Assembly: GCA_040954595.2 (NCBI GenBank)
Contig: CM082593.2
Coordinates: forward strand, 5,411,434-5,475,433
Direction of reading: 5' to 3'
Source of the DNA: Balanoglossus misakiensis
Taxonomy: Eukaryota > Animalia > Hemichordata
DNA length: 64,000 nt
This document shows positions 34,721-47,640 of this stretch, piece after piece. Every line of letters begins with the position of its first letter. Within the stretch, counting starts at the first letter, position 1. The position numbers were made by a program, and so were the translations under genes. The notes beneath the pieces were generated by a model, which saw only the letters and a list, made by a program, of their open reading frames with translations, was not told where the DNA came from and did not search any database.

Positions 34721-34841
34721 TAGCGCCCTCAAGAGGACAATGTGTGAAGCGAGGTCATATGACGAGGTCACAAAGGCACGCAGTACCGGTACGTGACGTA
34801 ACTCGAACTCAGCTGATCAGATATAACCTTGAAAATGGCGG
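34721..34841 (+). promoter_or_regulatory. SGPL1 promoter-proximal region: CTCF-like GCGCCCTCAAGAGG, CRE/ATF-like TGACGTAA, YY1 AAAATGGCGG overlapping the ATG
   Basis: Motifs lie directly upstream of, or over, the ATG at 34835. Confidence 0.4.
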
Positions 34842-37800
34842 CGACCATGGAGCAGTCGAGTGCGGTGAGTAGATATTTTGTCGAAGGAGACACTATTCGG
34901 CCGTTCATGGCGAATCGGTGAAGGAAGTACTCTCCTAACACTGGAGGGGCGCTAACGGTCCGAGTCAATGCTATTGTTAGGGCCGACCTGGTTTGTTGAC
35001 CTTCTAGAACATCCGTGCATGTACGTTCCTGTTATTTACTAGGGTTGGTCGCCCAACCTGTACACTGTGAGTGAGACGAACCCATTTTTCCCAATCGCCA
35101 TCTACTTCTACTAAACCACAGCGAATACATCAGCCGAGTTGGGGTGATCATACTAGCAAATTAGGTGTTAAAATACGTCGTCAGCATCTTCGCCATAATT
35201 TACTCAATTTCACCACGGTTACTATAACGATATGGCGTAAAGTATTGTTATTCAAGCGGTGTGTGTGAAAAACACTTCTATTAATGCATTGTGAATAACG
35301 TAAATAACGGTTAGTAATGGCAAGAATTTACCATTGCCAGTCCGATTTTATCAGCTCAAGACAGAAAAAGAGCAATCTTGTTGCTAAGTAATGACTACAT
35401 AGAGTAAACGTGTGTTTTCTTATTACGTAACCACTTTTCTTTATGCAATGGATTCACATGCATAGTCTCTAGGTCTTTCCGTTCATACTGAAACCTGAAA
35501 CAAACAAATATATAGAAATAGATATATATATTTGTACATGAATTATCAGCAATATATTAATATTTATCCTTGACCTGGTAGACTTAGCCACTATATGAAA
35601 GAAACTGTTGTACGAAATAAAATTGTGCATTAAAAATATGTTCACACAGCATATGTTTGTGTCTATATCAGAGCTAAAAATAACCAGTTAATTTTAGTGA
35701 AATGCACGTCGATTGTTTGATTAAATGAAGAAAGCTTATTGTCATCCTTTAAAGTGTAATTTCTGTACATTTTGTGTCGAGCTGAAAGCAAATATATCTG
35801 CAGTTTCAGTTCTTACATCATTGTTTTTCAGAATTTTCTCATTTCTTAGTAATTATGAATTTTATGTAATATTCATTACAATTTATGAGGACATTTCTGA
35901 AAAAAGATGAGTCAGCAATGACAGGATTCAATGACCTAGATTTTTCTGTTATCTAGTAAGTTGAGATACGACAAGATATATCCATCAACAACTTGAGCAA
36001 TAACCATTGTGTTAATGATCAGCCATGGCTATGTGGACTTTATATAGATGTCCACGCACAACCTGTCAGTTTTATATAAATACTCAGTCGGTTATCTGTC
36101 AAATTACATTTATTCGTAAGCTATTATTCTTATTAATTAATGGTGATTCTGTGTGCATAGGTTAGTATTATAGTAACTTAGTAACATAAGCGCACATACC
36201 AAAATCTGATCACTGCATAACAAGGCCAACAAGGCTGAGTGAACGGTGGAACCAGGTCAACAAACTTTGATGTTTTGATCATTTACAACATGTGACATAC
36301 AGCCGATTGTAGTATCACATGCTCGTTTGTAACATCGACAATCTACTAAACACAGGCTACATTACATATATAATGTGCGCTAAATCGGGCTACAAAGACA
36401 ATGGACAGACTGCGCACATAATAGGCATGTGACTAGTATTGTAACATTCCCGAAAGCTTTTAAATGAAGAAATAATATAACTGACATGTTTTTGCGACAA
36501 CTCTAGATAAAATTTAGTGAAATAACACAACTCTCCCAATATTGCAGTTTTCGTAAACTAGATTAAATTTGCTGAATGGCGTTCAAATGCGACATGCATT
36601 TCATGATCAGCTTATTAGCCAGTCATTTCACCATACTTGTATATCTTTTCCAGGGCAAACAAAACTTGCTATCCTTTGTGAAGAAGGAATTGGACCCCCT
36701 GATTGAAATAGGAACCCTGTACTTGAACAGGGCGAGGAACGAGATCAACAACTACTGCAGCGGTCTAGAAGCCTGGCAAATTATTCTCTACACTCTGGGC
36801 ATCACACTGGTCCTAGTCTGGCTCTACCGTTTCATATTTGAACACGAGTTAGGTGAGTGTCTGTCTTAATCTCTGCGACACCTTTGTTGACATCTAGAAA
36901 AGGGTTGTCACAGTATTAAAATTTACCGTAATTTCTGCGTTCACAAGAAAGCCAATGTCACTATTTTGCTAAGAAAAGAAAAATTTGTTGATTGGTCCTG
37001 TGGGAAGGTAGCACTCATATTATTTATATGATCTATTCACAGGATTATTGGAGAGAGCCAAGAAATCTTTTTTTAAGAACATAAGACGACTACCGATAGT
37101 TGGAGCAAAGGTGAGTTTCCATGGTAACCGTTTCTGTTAGAGAATGGTTTGGTTTCACCATCAAATATCATGTAGAGAAACTATTTTATGACTATTGTGA
37201 TCACATAGCTTCCACTAATATTTCCTGCTAGAAATTCAATCATTCACTGTAGCCAACCATGTATCTTCTTTTTTCACAGATCACGCAACAAATTGAACAG
37301 ACTTGTAGTGGTGTTGAAAACTCCCTGTTTAAATTGGAACATGGACAGACCTATGTCACGCAGCTGCCACAAACAGGACTGAGTGAATCAGAGGTGTTGC
37401 AATTAATTAACGATAAATATGAAACAATGGGTAGGTTAATGTTCCGAGACTTGAAATACCTTGTATATCTGACGTACACAATCAGACTGAGTAGTCCAGT
37501 GAAGGTGGTCAGTTTAAATTACACACTTCAGTGCAGAAAATTTAGCCCTAACTTCCATCATATCAAAATATTATATTGTGTGCTCGCACATCTATCATCA
37601 TCATCATCCCTTACAACCCCTGAACCCTGTTGCGTCAGACGTTCTCATTGGTCAACAGCTTTCCTTTGGTTATTTTGAACAAGGCCTCATCCAATCAGGG
37701 TTCCTCTTTCAGAGTCTTCTGACTGGACGTCAGGCAAGGTGTCGGGAACCGTGTACAATGGGAGTAAGGAACTTACAGCACTTACAACCAAGGTGAGATT

Positions 37801-40800
37801 AATTGATTGATTTGATATGATTTGAGTACATAAACAGCAAACTGACTATCTACTGGAAAATGAACAGCAATCAACATCAAGAACCCACTCGTAGCATAAC
37901 TAATATCTGCTGAGATATTGCACTGCATTGAACTGAAATATCCAACTTATTAGTTCAACCATTTCACCACAATACAAGTCAGTTCCATGGAATTTCAATC
38001 AAACCCCCATTCACTGTTTTGCAACTTCCAGGTGTACGGTCAATTTGCATGGGCCAATCCCCTCCACCCAGACGTCTTCCCAGGTGTACGTAAGATGGAA
38101 GCCGAGGTCGTCGCCATGACGTGTAAAATGTTCAACGGTGGACCAGAGGCTTGTGGCACGGTAAGTGCATGTTCCCATGGAAACATTTGAGAGAAAAATT
38201 ACTGTCTACCTCAAAAATTTGATTACCAATATTACTGTGTACAAATGTAGTTTGTCAAATGAAATATTTTGCCCCTTTCAACAAAAATTGTGTTGATATG
38301 ATGGGAGGAGATTGGGTAGACTAAACTTTGCTGTTCTTTGAGAAGTGCAGTGAGACACATTCAGTACAAGAGGGTACAATTTCTCATTCATCCATAGATG
38401 ACCTCAGGAGGAACAGAGAGCATCCTAATGGCTTGCAGGGCGTACAGACACATGGCTTATGAAAGGGGAGTCAAAATACCAGAAATGTGAGTATGGGACA
38501 TTCTGAAGTCATGGATATTTATAATGCACAGTATATGTACGTGGTTGCCATTGTTTGTCACTCGGTCCAGAAATAGTTTTATTTAGAGATTGCCAAAGGT
38601 CACTTTGTGTGGGGGTGAATCAAGAAGTAGGGCATGTGGTGACTGCCCTCTTGTGATAGATCGGAACATACTTTCGTTTTACATTGATGTGCAAAATTTC
38701 TTTCATTCACAGATTGGCCCCTGTCAGTGTTCATAGTGCTTTTAACAAAGCGGCTGATTATTTCAAAATGAAGGTGGTACACGCTCCCTTAGATCCTGTC
38801 ACAATGAAGTGTGACGTCAAGGTACAGTTATTTCATTGTTTACACTTCTTATCAGGGAAGGACAGATTCCTTGCATCCTAGTTAACCCCACTGTACCCAG
38901 CCCCGAAGAAAACATACAAATGATGTCATAGGTCACCAGGGGGTCAAGAATTTGAAAGAGAATTTAATACATTGAGAAAAAATCTTCCTTGAAGATTGTT
39001 ATTTTGCTGAGTTCAGGGACATTTAAAAAATGAAATTTGGTAACACAAGAAGTGAATTAAATTAAATGTTGAGACCATCAAAATCAATGATTTTAACAAG
39101 TGATGTTTCCATGTTTCCTCCCTACAGGCCATGGGTAAGCTGATCAACAGAAACACTTGTATGTTGGTGGGTTCAGCACCACAGTTCCCTCACGGTGCAG
39201 TGGATCCAATTGAAGAAATGTCAAAGGTAAACAACATTACTCAATTTTCCTTGTTGTTTTTCAGCCTCAGTAATTCCCTAACTGTTTCATTTCATTTTTT
39301 TCAGTATAATAATATTAATATAGAATGCTAATGAATTGCCTTGATCTGTGAAACAAGGGCTTGTACAAGATTAGTGATTGATGCAGGATAGATGAATTAG
39401 CTCAAAGGTTGATTATTGGCAGATTGGATTAGTGGATAGATACTTAGATGGATTGGTTTATGGCTTGCGTATATCAGATTATGATAAAAATGTATTTCAA
39501 TCACTTGGGCTTGAACTTAATAACAAATCTCTATCTCTTCCGATTTTATTTCCAGCTGGCTTTAAAATATAATTTACCTCTCCATGTGGACAGCTGTCTT
39601 GGCGGGTTTCTTGTTCCGTTTATGAAGAAAGCCGGTTATGAAATTGCGCCTTTCGACTTCTCGTTGCCGGGGGTGACCAGCATTTCTGCTGACACGCACA
39701 AAGTGAGTACGACCAGTCATCATGAACATGTATCGAAATCCTGACCAACGAAATTCACAGATTTTGGAGAAATTTTTATCTCCCCCGAAAAAATGCTTTC
39801 TTTTACAGTCACATTGTAAAATGAAACAAGGGATTTTCCTTTGCATAAAACAAAAATCAAATAATTGAAATTTATGTGATGCAGTTTTCGTCTCGTTTAA
39901 CGATTTTTGATCCCTCATCTCTCCAAATTCTAGTATGGCTACACACCGAAGGGATCGTCTGTAATTATGTACAAGAACAGAAAATTGCGTTTCAATCAGT
40001 ACTACATCAACCCCGACTGGCAAGGGGGCATCTATGCATCTCCAGCCATTGCAGGTGAGGTCATGTCATAATTAGCATAATGATGATGTCATATCCTGGT
40101 GAACCAATCAGACATCTTCCTAATGAAAACACCTTATATAGAAGATTTTGGACGTCATGTTCTTTCAAAACGAACCTGTCTGTTTTCATGGGTGCGTTGG
40201 TCCCATACGCAGGGATATAGGGGTGAAAGGGCTAATTATTAAAAAATGTATTTTTGCTGATTTTCAACAGGAAGTCGTGCGGGGGCCCTGATTGCAGCAA
40301 CTTGGGCTGTCATGATGCATTATGGGGAAAAGGGCTATGTTGATGCCACCCGTGAAATTATCAAGACAGCGCGTTACATTGAATCAGGGTAAGAGAAGTC
40401 ATGAGATTTTTTTTAAATTCTTATTCAGGGTGGTTATTTAAAGTTTCAGTACAAGCTGTTTACTTTTTTCTATGCAAGTGAGTTAACACCGTTTCTTCGT
40501 ACTTCTCCCAGACTTAAAAACACCAAAGGAGTCTATGTTGTAGGCCAGCCGGATGTTAGTGTAGTGGCTCTTGGATCGCTAGACTTTGATATTTACCAAC
40601 TTGCTGCTGCTCTGAACAAGCGAGGCTGGAATCTGAACTCTCTGCAGTTCCCTTCCTGGTAAGATATGCCATTGGTTGTTTAAAATCACATGACTCAAAA
40701 TGGGGTTTCTGATTGGGTGTCATTGGTTGTTTAAACTCACATGACTCAAAATTGGGTTTCTGATTGGGTATCATGAGCTGTTTGAAATCACATGACTCGA

Positions 40801-41501
40801 AGCGGGATTTTCAATTTGAGCAGGTGATGTATGATTTTGTATTGAGGTATTAGGTAGTATGGGTGTTGGTCTACTTGTACCTAGATGAATGGTCAATGAT
40901 AATTTTTTATTTATTTATTTTCTTTTTTATTTGCAGTGTCCACATCTGTGTGACTGTAATCCATACCACAGGTGGTATAGCTGATAAGTTTTTGGCAGAC
41001 GTCAAGGAGTGCTCTGACAAGCTCCTCAGTCAGCCAAGAGCGAAAGCAGAGGGCTCAGTAAGTACAGGGGTTGTTGTTTTTTTACGCGAGTCTGGGATTT
41101 ACGGTGAAGCAAACCATATGGATAATATTTATGAGATAGTGCAAGTTCCCAAAATGCATTAAATAATATGCGTAGCCGTGGAAATGTTTCAAACAAATCA
41201 AAACAAATTTTCTTCATGAAATTTGGAAAGTAAATCCCTATGGATATTAGTTATGCTTGCTGAAATTATGATGCCTGTATATTCTAGTAATGTGGCCACG
41301 CACTGTACCCCCCCCCCCCCCCCTCCCCACAACACCACAGCCTTAAAAAGCCTTAATTTGTTTTCATTCCAGGCTGCAATCTATGGACTGGCCCAGGCCA
41401 TACCGGACCGTTCCATTGTAGCAGAGGTAGCTGGTGCCTTCCTGGATGCGTGCTACAAAACGAGTGATGGCTCCGTGGCAAATGGCGTCAATGGCAAATA
41501 A
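34835..41501 (+). CDS. SGPL1: Sphingosine-1-phosphate lyase 1 (PLP-dependent)
   Basis: 15 exons: 34835-34864, 36654-36852, 37043-37110, 37280-37430, 37713-37792, 38032-38160, 38398-38486, 38713-38821, 39128-39226, 39556-39702, 39934-40054, 40271-40388, 40512-40658, 40937-41057, 41373-41501. Motifs: N-terminal [53 protein letters not shown] lysine SISADTHK|[29 protein letters not shown]. Confidence 0.97.
40670..40810. repeat. Intronic tandem repeat, 3 x 51 bp, each unit carrying TCACATGAC (plus CCAAT-type ATTGG in the first two units)
   Basis: Units start at about 40670, 40721 and 40772: CATTGGTTGTTTAAAATCACATGACTCAAAATGGGGTTTCTGATTGGGTGT and variants. Confidence 0.85.
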
Positions 41502-44134
41502 ACCCCAGAAGATAACATGTCCCATACGGACCTATCACCTGACATAAACACACATCCATGACTAGCAAATGTCCATGTCTGTAAACACTGGCATTACTGC
41601 TCTCTGGTGCACAGAAAAGCTTAATGGTTCGATAGCGTGTGAAAATTATCTATGATTTTTGATTTGTGATTAGTTTGAGTGGTTTTATGATTATAATCTA
41701 TGTTTTGATTCACAGCAATTTAAGTCATAACCTGTAATTTAACTGTCAAAAATATTCCTCTGTTTACCAAGACATGCCATAACCAATCATTTCAGTTTCA
41801 ATGTACCTTATCGTGCTACGCAAGACATAATTGTGATGTAGAGACATGTACTTAAAGTGGCTTTACACATGGTTCAAGCTTCCTACTAATTTGTGATGAT
41901 TAAATATGCAAATTATATACATAAAGTATGCAAATTCTGAACTGGGGCATTGTATTAAAATTGAAATTTGTGTTTTTTTGCATAACTTGTTTTTGGAGAA
42001 GCAAATGCAAAGTCTGTTTTCAGTTCAATAAAGATTTGTCTTGTATCTTTTATTAATTAATCTAATGACCAAAACATTCTGGAAAAAAATTAATATTCTG
42101 TAGGGTAACTGTATAAAGATGAAAAACCAGCTTTTAAAAATCAGATATCAACATTTCTAGTGCCTACCTCAATATGGAATCTTGTGATAATATTCTGAAA
42201 TATTATTTTGATTATGAGTGGGTAAGTTACAGTGTTTCAGTCAGTAATGACAATGCTTTAGGTACAACGTTTTTAAGTACATAATTTTTGTGTCTCTTAG
42301 CAATACTATGAGTGGAGCTTCACTGTTGAATTGTTCACAGTTTCTCAGTAAGCGAGACAAAATTAATTTAGGTAGCTATCATGAATGTGGCCAAAAAGCG
42401 TGTTGAAGGATTAAGATTGCCCCTTTACAGCACTGTGTCAGCTTTTTATTATACTTGCACAAGAAAGTTATGTGTAACTTTAAGTCTAGAAATAACAAGT
42501 CACTTTGGTGTCCAGTTTTAGAAAGGTTTACTGAATATGAATGTTCTGTATGTACTATTTTGTGTTTTAATTAAACTTTATAAAGTGTGAGGTATACATC
42601 AGGGATATTCATTTTAAATTCTTTACATGATATTTTTTTTCTTTACATGATACTATTTCTTTATATGATACCTTTTACAGAATGATACATAGCTAAATAC
42701 AATATACTGTTTAGTAGTTGTAACATTTGTACTGGCAATTTATTTCTACTATTTTAAAGCACAAAGAAATGCAATTCTTTTCAACAAATTTCTTTTTCAT
42801 GCACATGGTGGTGTAAGTACAGTGGACCCTTCTAACTAAAAATGGCTACAATCTCTAAATTTACATATGCCCATATATGGTTAAAAGGGCATGCCTAAAT
42901 ATTCTATTGACATGATTGTATGCTTTTTATAGTTGGCCACCCAAAAATCTGTGATTGGCTAGATCTCTACTTTTCACAGTATCTGTAGATCTATGCGCTA
43001 TGACCTTAAGTTGCACTATGTGAAAGAAATGTTAATATTAGCATACTCTGTATGGGACCCACAGTAGTTTTATACACTAGTTTTCAAGCCCAACACTAAC
43101 TGGTAAACCTAGACATCTGAGACTAAAAGCAGATCCTCTATGTCTTAAATTAAGCCAATTTTCACTCAAAGTAATCCAGGTATGCCCTTTGAAGGTATAC
43201 GGTCACCTCTAATTTAATTATGTCTATTTGGTAATTTGATGTGTAATATTTTTCAGGCACTTTCACACAGGGTCATTGAGTTGAGGTTTCAAACAATGTG
43301 TGTGATTCTTTGAGATCAGGAATAAAAAATAAAGGTTTCAAAGTGATACGCTGTGCTTCTCCTGTTGTGAGTATGGTTCCATGATTGGGGAGATGTTTTT
43401 TGGGGGGAGGGGACACAGTTATATGGTCACCGCTAATTTATATCTGCCTATTTGTTGTATAAAATACTACAGAAAAAACAAACCAAACACGATAACAAAC
43501 CACCCTGGAGACGTTGCATCCATTATAGACTTTGGTGATCAAATACTGTTATTGCAAAGAGACCATGATTTTGAAACCAAGGGCATGATGAAGTTGAAAA
43601 TAATTTTCCTATAACAACATACACAGTGTGCGCTCACCTGTAGAGCAAACAGCTTCATTCTCAGGAAGAGTTCTTCTTTGGTCCATCCACGATGTAATGG
43701 CATGTCCACGAGTCAGTTTACAAGTCTTTCCTTTCCATGATTCGTCATATGGCACGGTGACTCCACTAGAAACGCGCACCTGTGTGGAGTGGCCATGTTC
43801 CGTTCAAAAGTTTCACGAGGAGTTCTTGTAAGGTTTTTCGGAAGTCCACATTCCTGGCGATATTCAAAAGTTCCATGGCGAATAGAGGAAAGTAAACGAA
43901 ATCCTTCTGTAGATGGACGTGTTCCAAGTCTTCCAAGAGATACGATCAGCCCAGTTTTCCAGTCATTCGTGTCAAAGGAGAGATTTTGGTCACTTTGAAA
44001 CACGTAGAGCGACTCCACAACAATGCATCACGATGCATGTGCTCGAATAAAATGAACGAAGCATGCTCAGATCAGAAATCTGCGAACATCTGTTCACCTT
44101 TTTTCAACCAATCAGAAAAGTTTCTATTTATAAA

Positions 44135-44438
44135 ATGCAAATTGGCAAAGAAGTGCGCCGCTTTGTGGTCATGCGATGTTCTTCTGTTTAATACCGCACC
44201 CAAGTTTGCGCTTATAAATATTAATCATATTAACTTTCTGTTTTGTACATTTTTAAAATTTCCTTTGCATCAGCCGTACCAAAACCTGTTTCATAGGGAT
44301 AAAGATCGTCACTGTACCCGTAAAAAATCTGTATTTCGTCCACCCAGCCCCCTCCGATCAAATAGGAGCTGTTACGCGCACGCGATATGCAAATAAACTT
44401 TTGCGAAAGTATCAATTTTGTGACAAAATTATGCAAAT
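44135..44438 (+). promoter_or_regulatory. Cluster of three octamer motifs (ATGCAAAT) upstream of the forkhead gene
   Basis: ATGCAAAT at 44135-44142, 44387-44394 and 44431-44438; CCAAT at about 44108. Confidence 0.45.
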
Positions 44439-44774
44439 GATGGAATATATATGTGCGCGTGCGTGCGTAAGGTCATACGACGCAGAAGACGAGCAGAATT
44501 TTGACCCAAAAGTTGTAGGTTGGTTGATTTGGGTTTGAAAACGTTAAAAAACACTTTTCGAAACTTTATAACAACAGGTTGGTAGAAAGTTTACGACGAC
44601 AATTGTTAACTTTAACAAAATACGCAGAAGAAAACGCTTGTCTCTTTCACTCGACGTCGCGCGCGCGTGGAGCTCAACTACATCGAAGGGGACTGGAATT
44701 CTGTTTACACGGACGAAAACGCTGTTTTTAGAGATCAGAGCCTCATCCCCTCAGCGATACTGCAGGATAAAGCC

Positions 44775-47281
44775 ATGAAGACTGTCGTGAAACCCCGAGC
44801 TGTGCAACACCTGAATTTTGATGGCGCAGACGACCACAGAAAACCGTCGAAAAGTTACGTTGAAATGGTCGTCGAAGTTCTGAGAGACAGCTATTCCGGA
44901 GAAATGCACCCAAGTGAAATTTACCACGCCCTCGAGTAAGCCAAATTCGTATTTCAATATAATATTTGTCACGTCACCTTCTCATTATTAGTAAAATTCC
45001 GTCAGAACAACAGCCTGACACCTGTTTAGACAAACAAACAAATCAAACTTGGACACTTGAAGTTGATCATAGTAAATTCTGTAAGTTCTGCGTATCGTAC
45101 AAGCTCAGAAAGTTTGTGAACTTTGACCTAAGTTGTACATTTCAGTTCATATAGCCAACTTGTACAGTGGCCGATACCGACATTTCATTGAATTCGAATC
45201 AATTTCTCACGTACTCCATCTTGTGAAAAATAATACCAATCAGGTATGGAGGTATGGAAGAATAACATTACATGTATGACCAGATATTTCGACTTTTATT
45301 AACAGGGTGAAATACAGTTACTATAGAAACATGTCACCAAGAAGCAAGAAAAGCTGGATGGTATGTGGAGTTTTATAATTAAATTTATTCAGGCAGAAAC
45401 TAAGAAAGAGACAATTTCAGCTAAAGGAGCGTTCCCTAAACAAAAGATCCCTAATACATGATGTACTATAAATTTAAATATGTGAATTGGACATATTGAG
45501 GCAGCTGTTTACATTCATGCTGACTTCTGTTGTCTGTGATTTTCCTCCAGAGCTCCATACGCCATGCTCTTCTGCATCCTGCATTCAAATCCAGACCTGG
45601 AGACACTGCCAGCAACAAGCGTGGCAAGGTCTGGTCACTGAATGAAAATTTTGACGAAGATCAGAGAGACAGGAGAGCCAAGAGTCCACCTGGTCAGATG
45701 CACTCGAGAAAGAGAAAGTCTGCTCCTTTGCAAGAGGTTCCAATGCCCCAAGCCATTCAGCACGACAGTCAAGGCCTCGACTCCAACCAGGGCAGTGGTA
45801 ATCAACCCTATACAGACTATGGTCTGTACGCTCAGCAATACGCACGCGCTGCTGCGTACAGTCAGATGCTGTCTCCATATGCTGCGGCCCACACAGCAAG
45901 TGCAGTCAGCAACCTGGCTCCCAACACCTTCGTTCAACGAGGAAACTCGCCTGTTACATTTGGAAGTTATTACGGATGTCAGAATGGCCTGACGTCCGTT
46001 CCAGTGAGATCGTACGTACCACCAGGTCCTGTTCAGAATGCAGTGCGATTTCTACCGCCCCCAGGTGGCATGACCGTGGCGCCCATTCTCAGCCCACCGT
46101 CAGTGACCAGTTCCTTCCTGTCCGGTGGTATGCTGGTGTCCTCTAGAAGGTCTCCCGTGTACGGTGCTCCTGTCTCTGTGGTCGATCCAACCGCTGCCGC
46201 CAGAGCTCTTTGTGTTGTACCTCATCAGAATACGGCATCTGGGGTCGTGCAACATGAAGGCACTCAGGAGAATCAGAACGGGCCGACACAGGAAATGTCA
46301 GACTCACCAGCAACGCAGCAACAAGACCGCGCATACTTGTCCGGCGATCCGAGAGACACCAATCCTGCAGTCGCAACCACCGCTGCAGCTACTCCAAACC
46401 CGACCACACCCGCTGCAGCCACGACGGAACAGCAACGGGACTTCCTCAGCAGAGTCCAGCAGGTGCTGGCCACAACGCCCACGAGCAACGGCCGAAGCAG
46501 CGGCGGTCAAGCGGTCCACAGCACAACCACCACCGCCTCCCAGCCTCTGGTTCAGATCCACCACTACTCTCCGAAGGACGTGCAGAAACAAAACCTCGCC
46601 TTGCCCCCAGCACCGGAGAACTGTGCCTGCTGCGTGATGTACTACACACCGCCGAAGAAAGCCCGAACGGACATGCAGTATGGCAAAGTCCAAGAGCAGT
46701 GTGATGGTAAGCTTGCTCATATTGATGCAATCACACACAATTCAGATTTAAAGAAGCGTGTTTGCTCAGCAATGGCAATTGGAGCACAGACAAAACTTCA
46801 CATTTTCAGCCACACTACCTAACACTGCTGTAGTACATATTCTGAATATACACAGATTTTCTTGCAAGTGGCATGATAGAGTAAATATTACAGTTTTGAT
46901 GTGAAAATGATGCCCTACGGCAGGAGCCCTCTCATATCATCCTACCTGCTGTACTTTGATGATGATCTGTGCTTGATTGCCCATATTCCACAATTTAGGT
47001 TATAATATACTGAAGTGTGAGGTTGGCATGTTGTTGTTTTTTTGTATGCAGGGCCTGAAAGCCAGCTGCTGACTGAGCATTCCTCCGATGGTACCTCGCC
47101 CGGTGGCAAAGATGACCTTCACCAGATCATCCGCAAGTCCCTGGACATCAGCTCTAATGATGGTGGTGGTGGCTGGGTCAACGACTGGACATCATTCATG
47201 ACCTCCAGCATGATGGGAGCTATGGGCCAGTGTGTTGCTAAGGTGGAGAGTATGGACACTACCCCGGCGATGGAGAGCTAG
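44775..47281 (+). CDS. Divergent forkhead-box (winged-helix) transcription factor with a Pro/Gln/Thr/Ala-rich C-terminus
   Basis: Kozak GCCATG at 44775. Exons 44775-44935, 45306-45360, 45551-46706 and 47052-47281 are phase-consistent. The domain reads RKPSKSYVEMVVEVLRDSYSGEMHPSEIYHALE-VKYSYYRNMSPRSKKSWM-SSIRHALLHPAFKSRPGDTASNKRGKVWSL, against the consensus KPPYSYIALI...LTLSEIY...FPYYR...WQNSIRHNLSLNxCF...KGNYWTL. Confidence 0.85.
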
Positions 47282-47640
47282 GATAGTTTTGGCAAACTGT
47301 CGAACCTCCCTGAAACGTTTCTTACAAACTGATCAGTTATGTACGTGAGGGCATTGTAAACTATGTTTCCTCACTAGATGTTTAACAATTTCTTCCTGTT
47401 TGACTTTTTGTTCATAACCACGATGATGGGAGCAGTTATGTGCCAGTGCGTTGCTAAGGTAGAGAGTATGAACACTACAACCCTATGCCCAGTGATTGAG
47501 AGCTAGGATAGCTACATGAACTGTCAAACCTCCCTGAAACATTTCTTTCAAACTGATCTGTTGTGTGGCCGTGGTAAAGTGTATATAGTAAAAATTTATT
47601 GTTACTCTAGTTGTTTAACAGTTTACCGTTTGACTGTTTT
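47209..47640 (+). repeat. Diverged tandem duplication (~200 bp) of the forkhead gene's final codons, stop codon and proximal 3' UTR
   Basis: Copy 1 (about 47209-47410) and copy 2 (about 47423-47640) share ATGATGGGAGC, GTTGCTAAGGT, GAGAGCTAGGATAG, AACCTCCCTGAAAC, CAAACTGATC, TGTTTAACA and GTTTGACT. Confidence 0.85.

Noticed and set aside
40670-40810. CRISPR-like regular repeats
   Set aside because: Eukaryotic intron, with contiguous tandem units, no unique spacers and no cas genes.
44667-44774. GTG-initiated N-terminal extension of the Fox ORF
   Set aside because: A good Kozak ATG exists at 44775, and there is no evidence for non-AUG initiation.
45585-46738. Overlapping and antisense ORFs within Fox exon 3
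   Set aside because: Shadows of GC-rich, low-complexity coding sequence.
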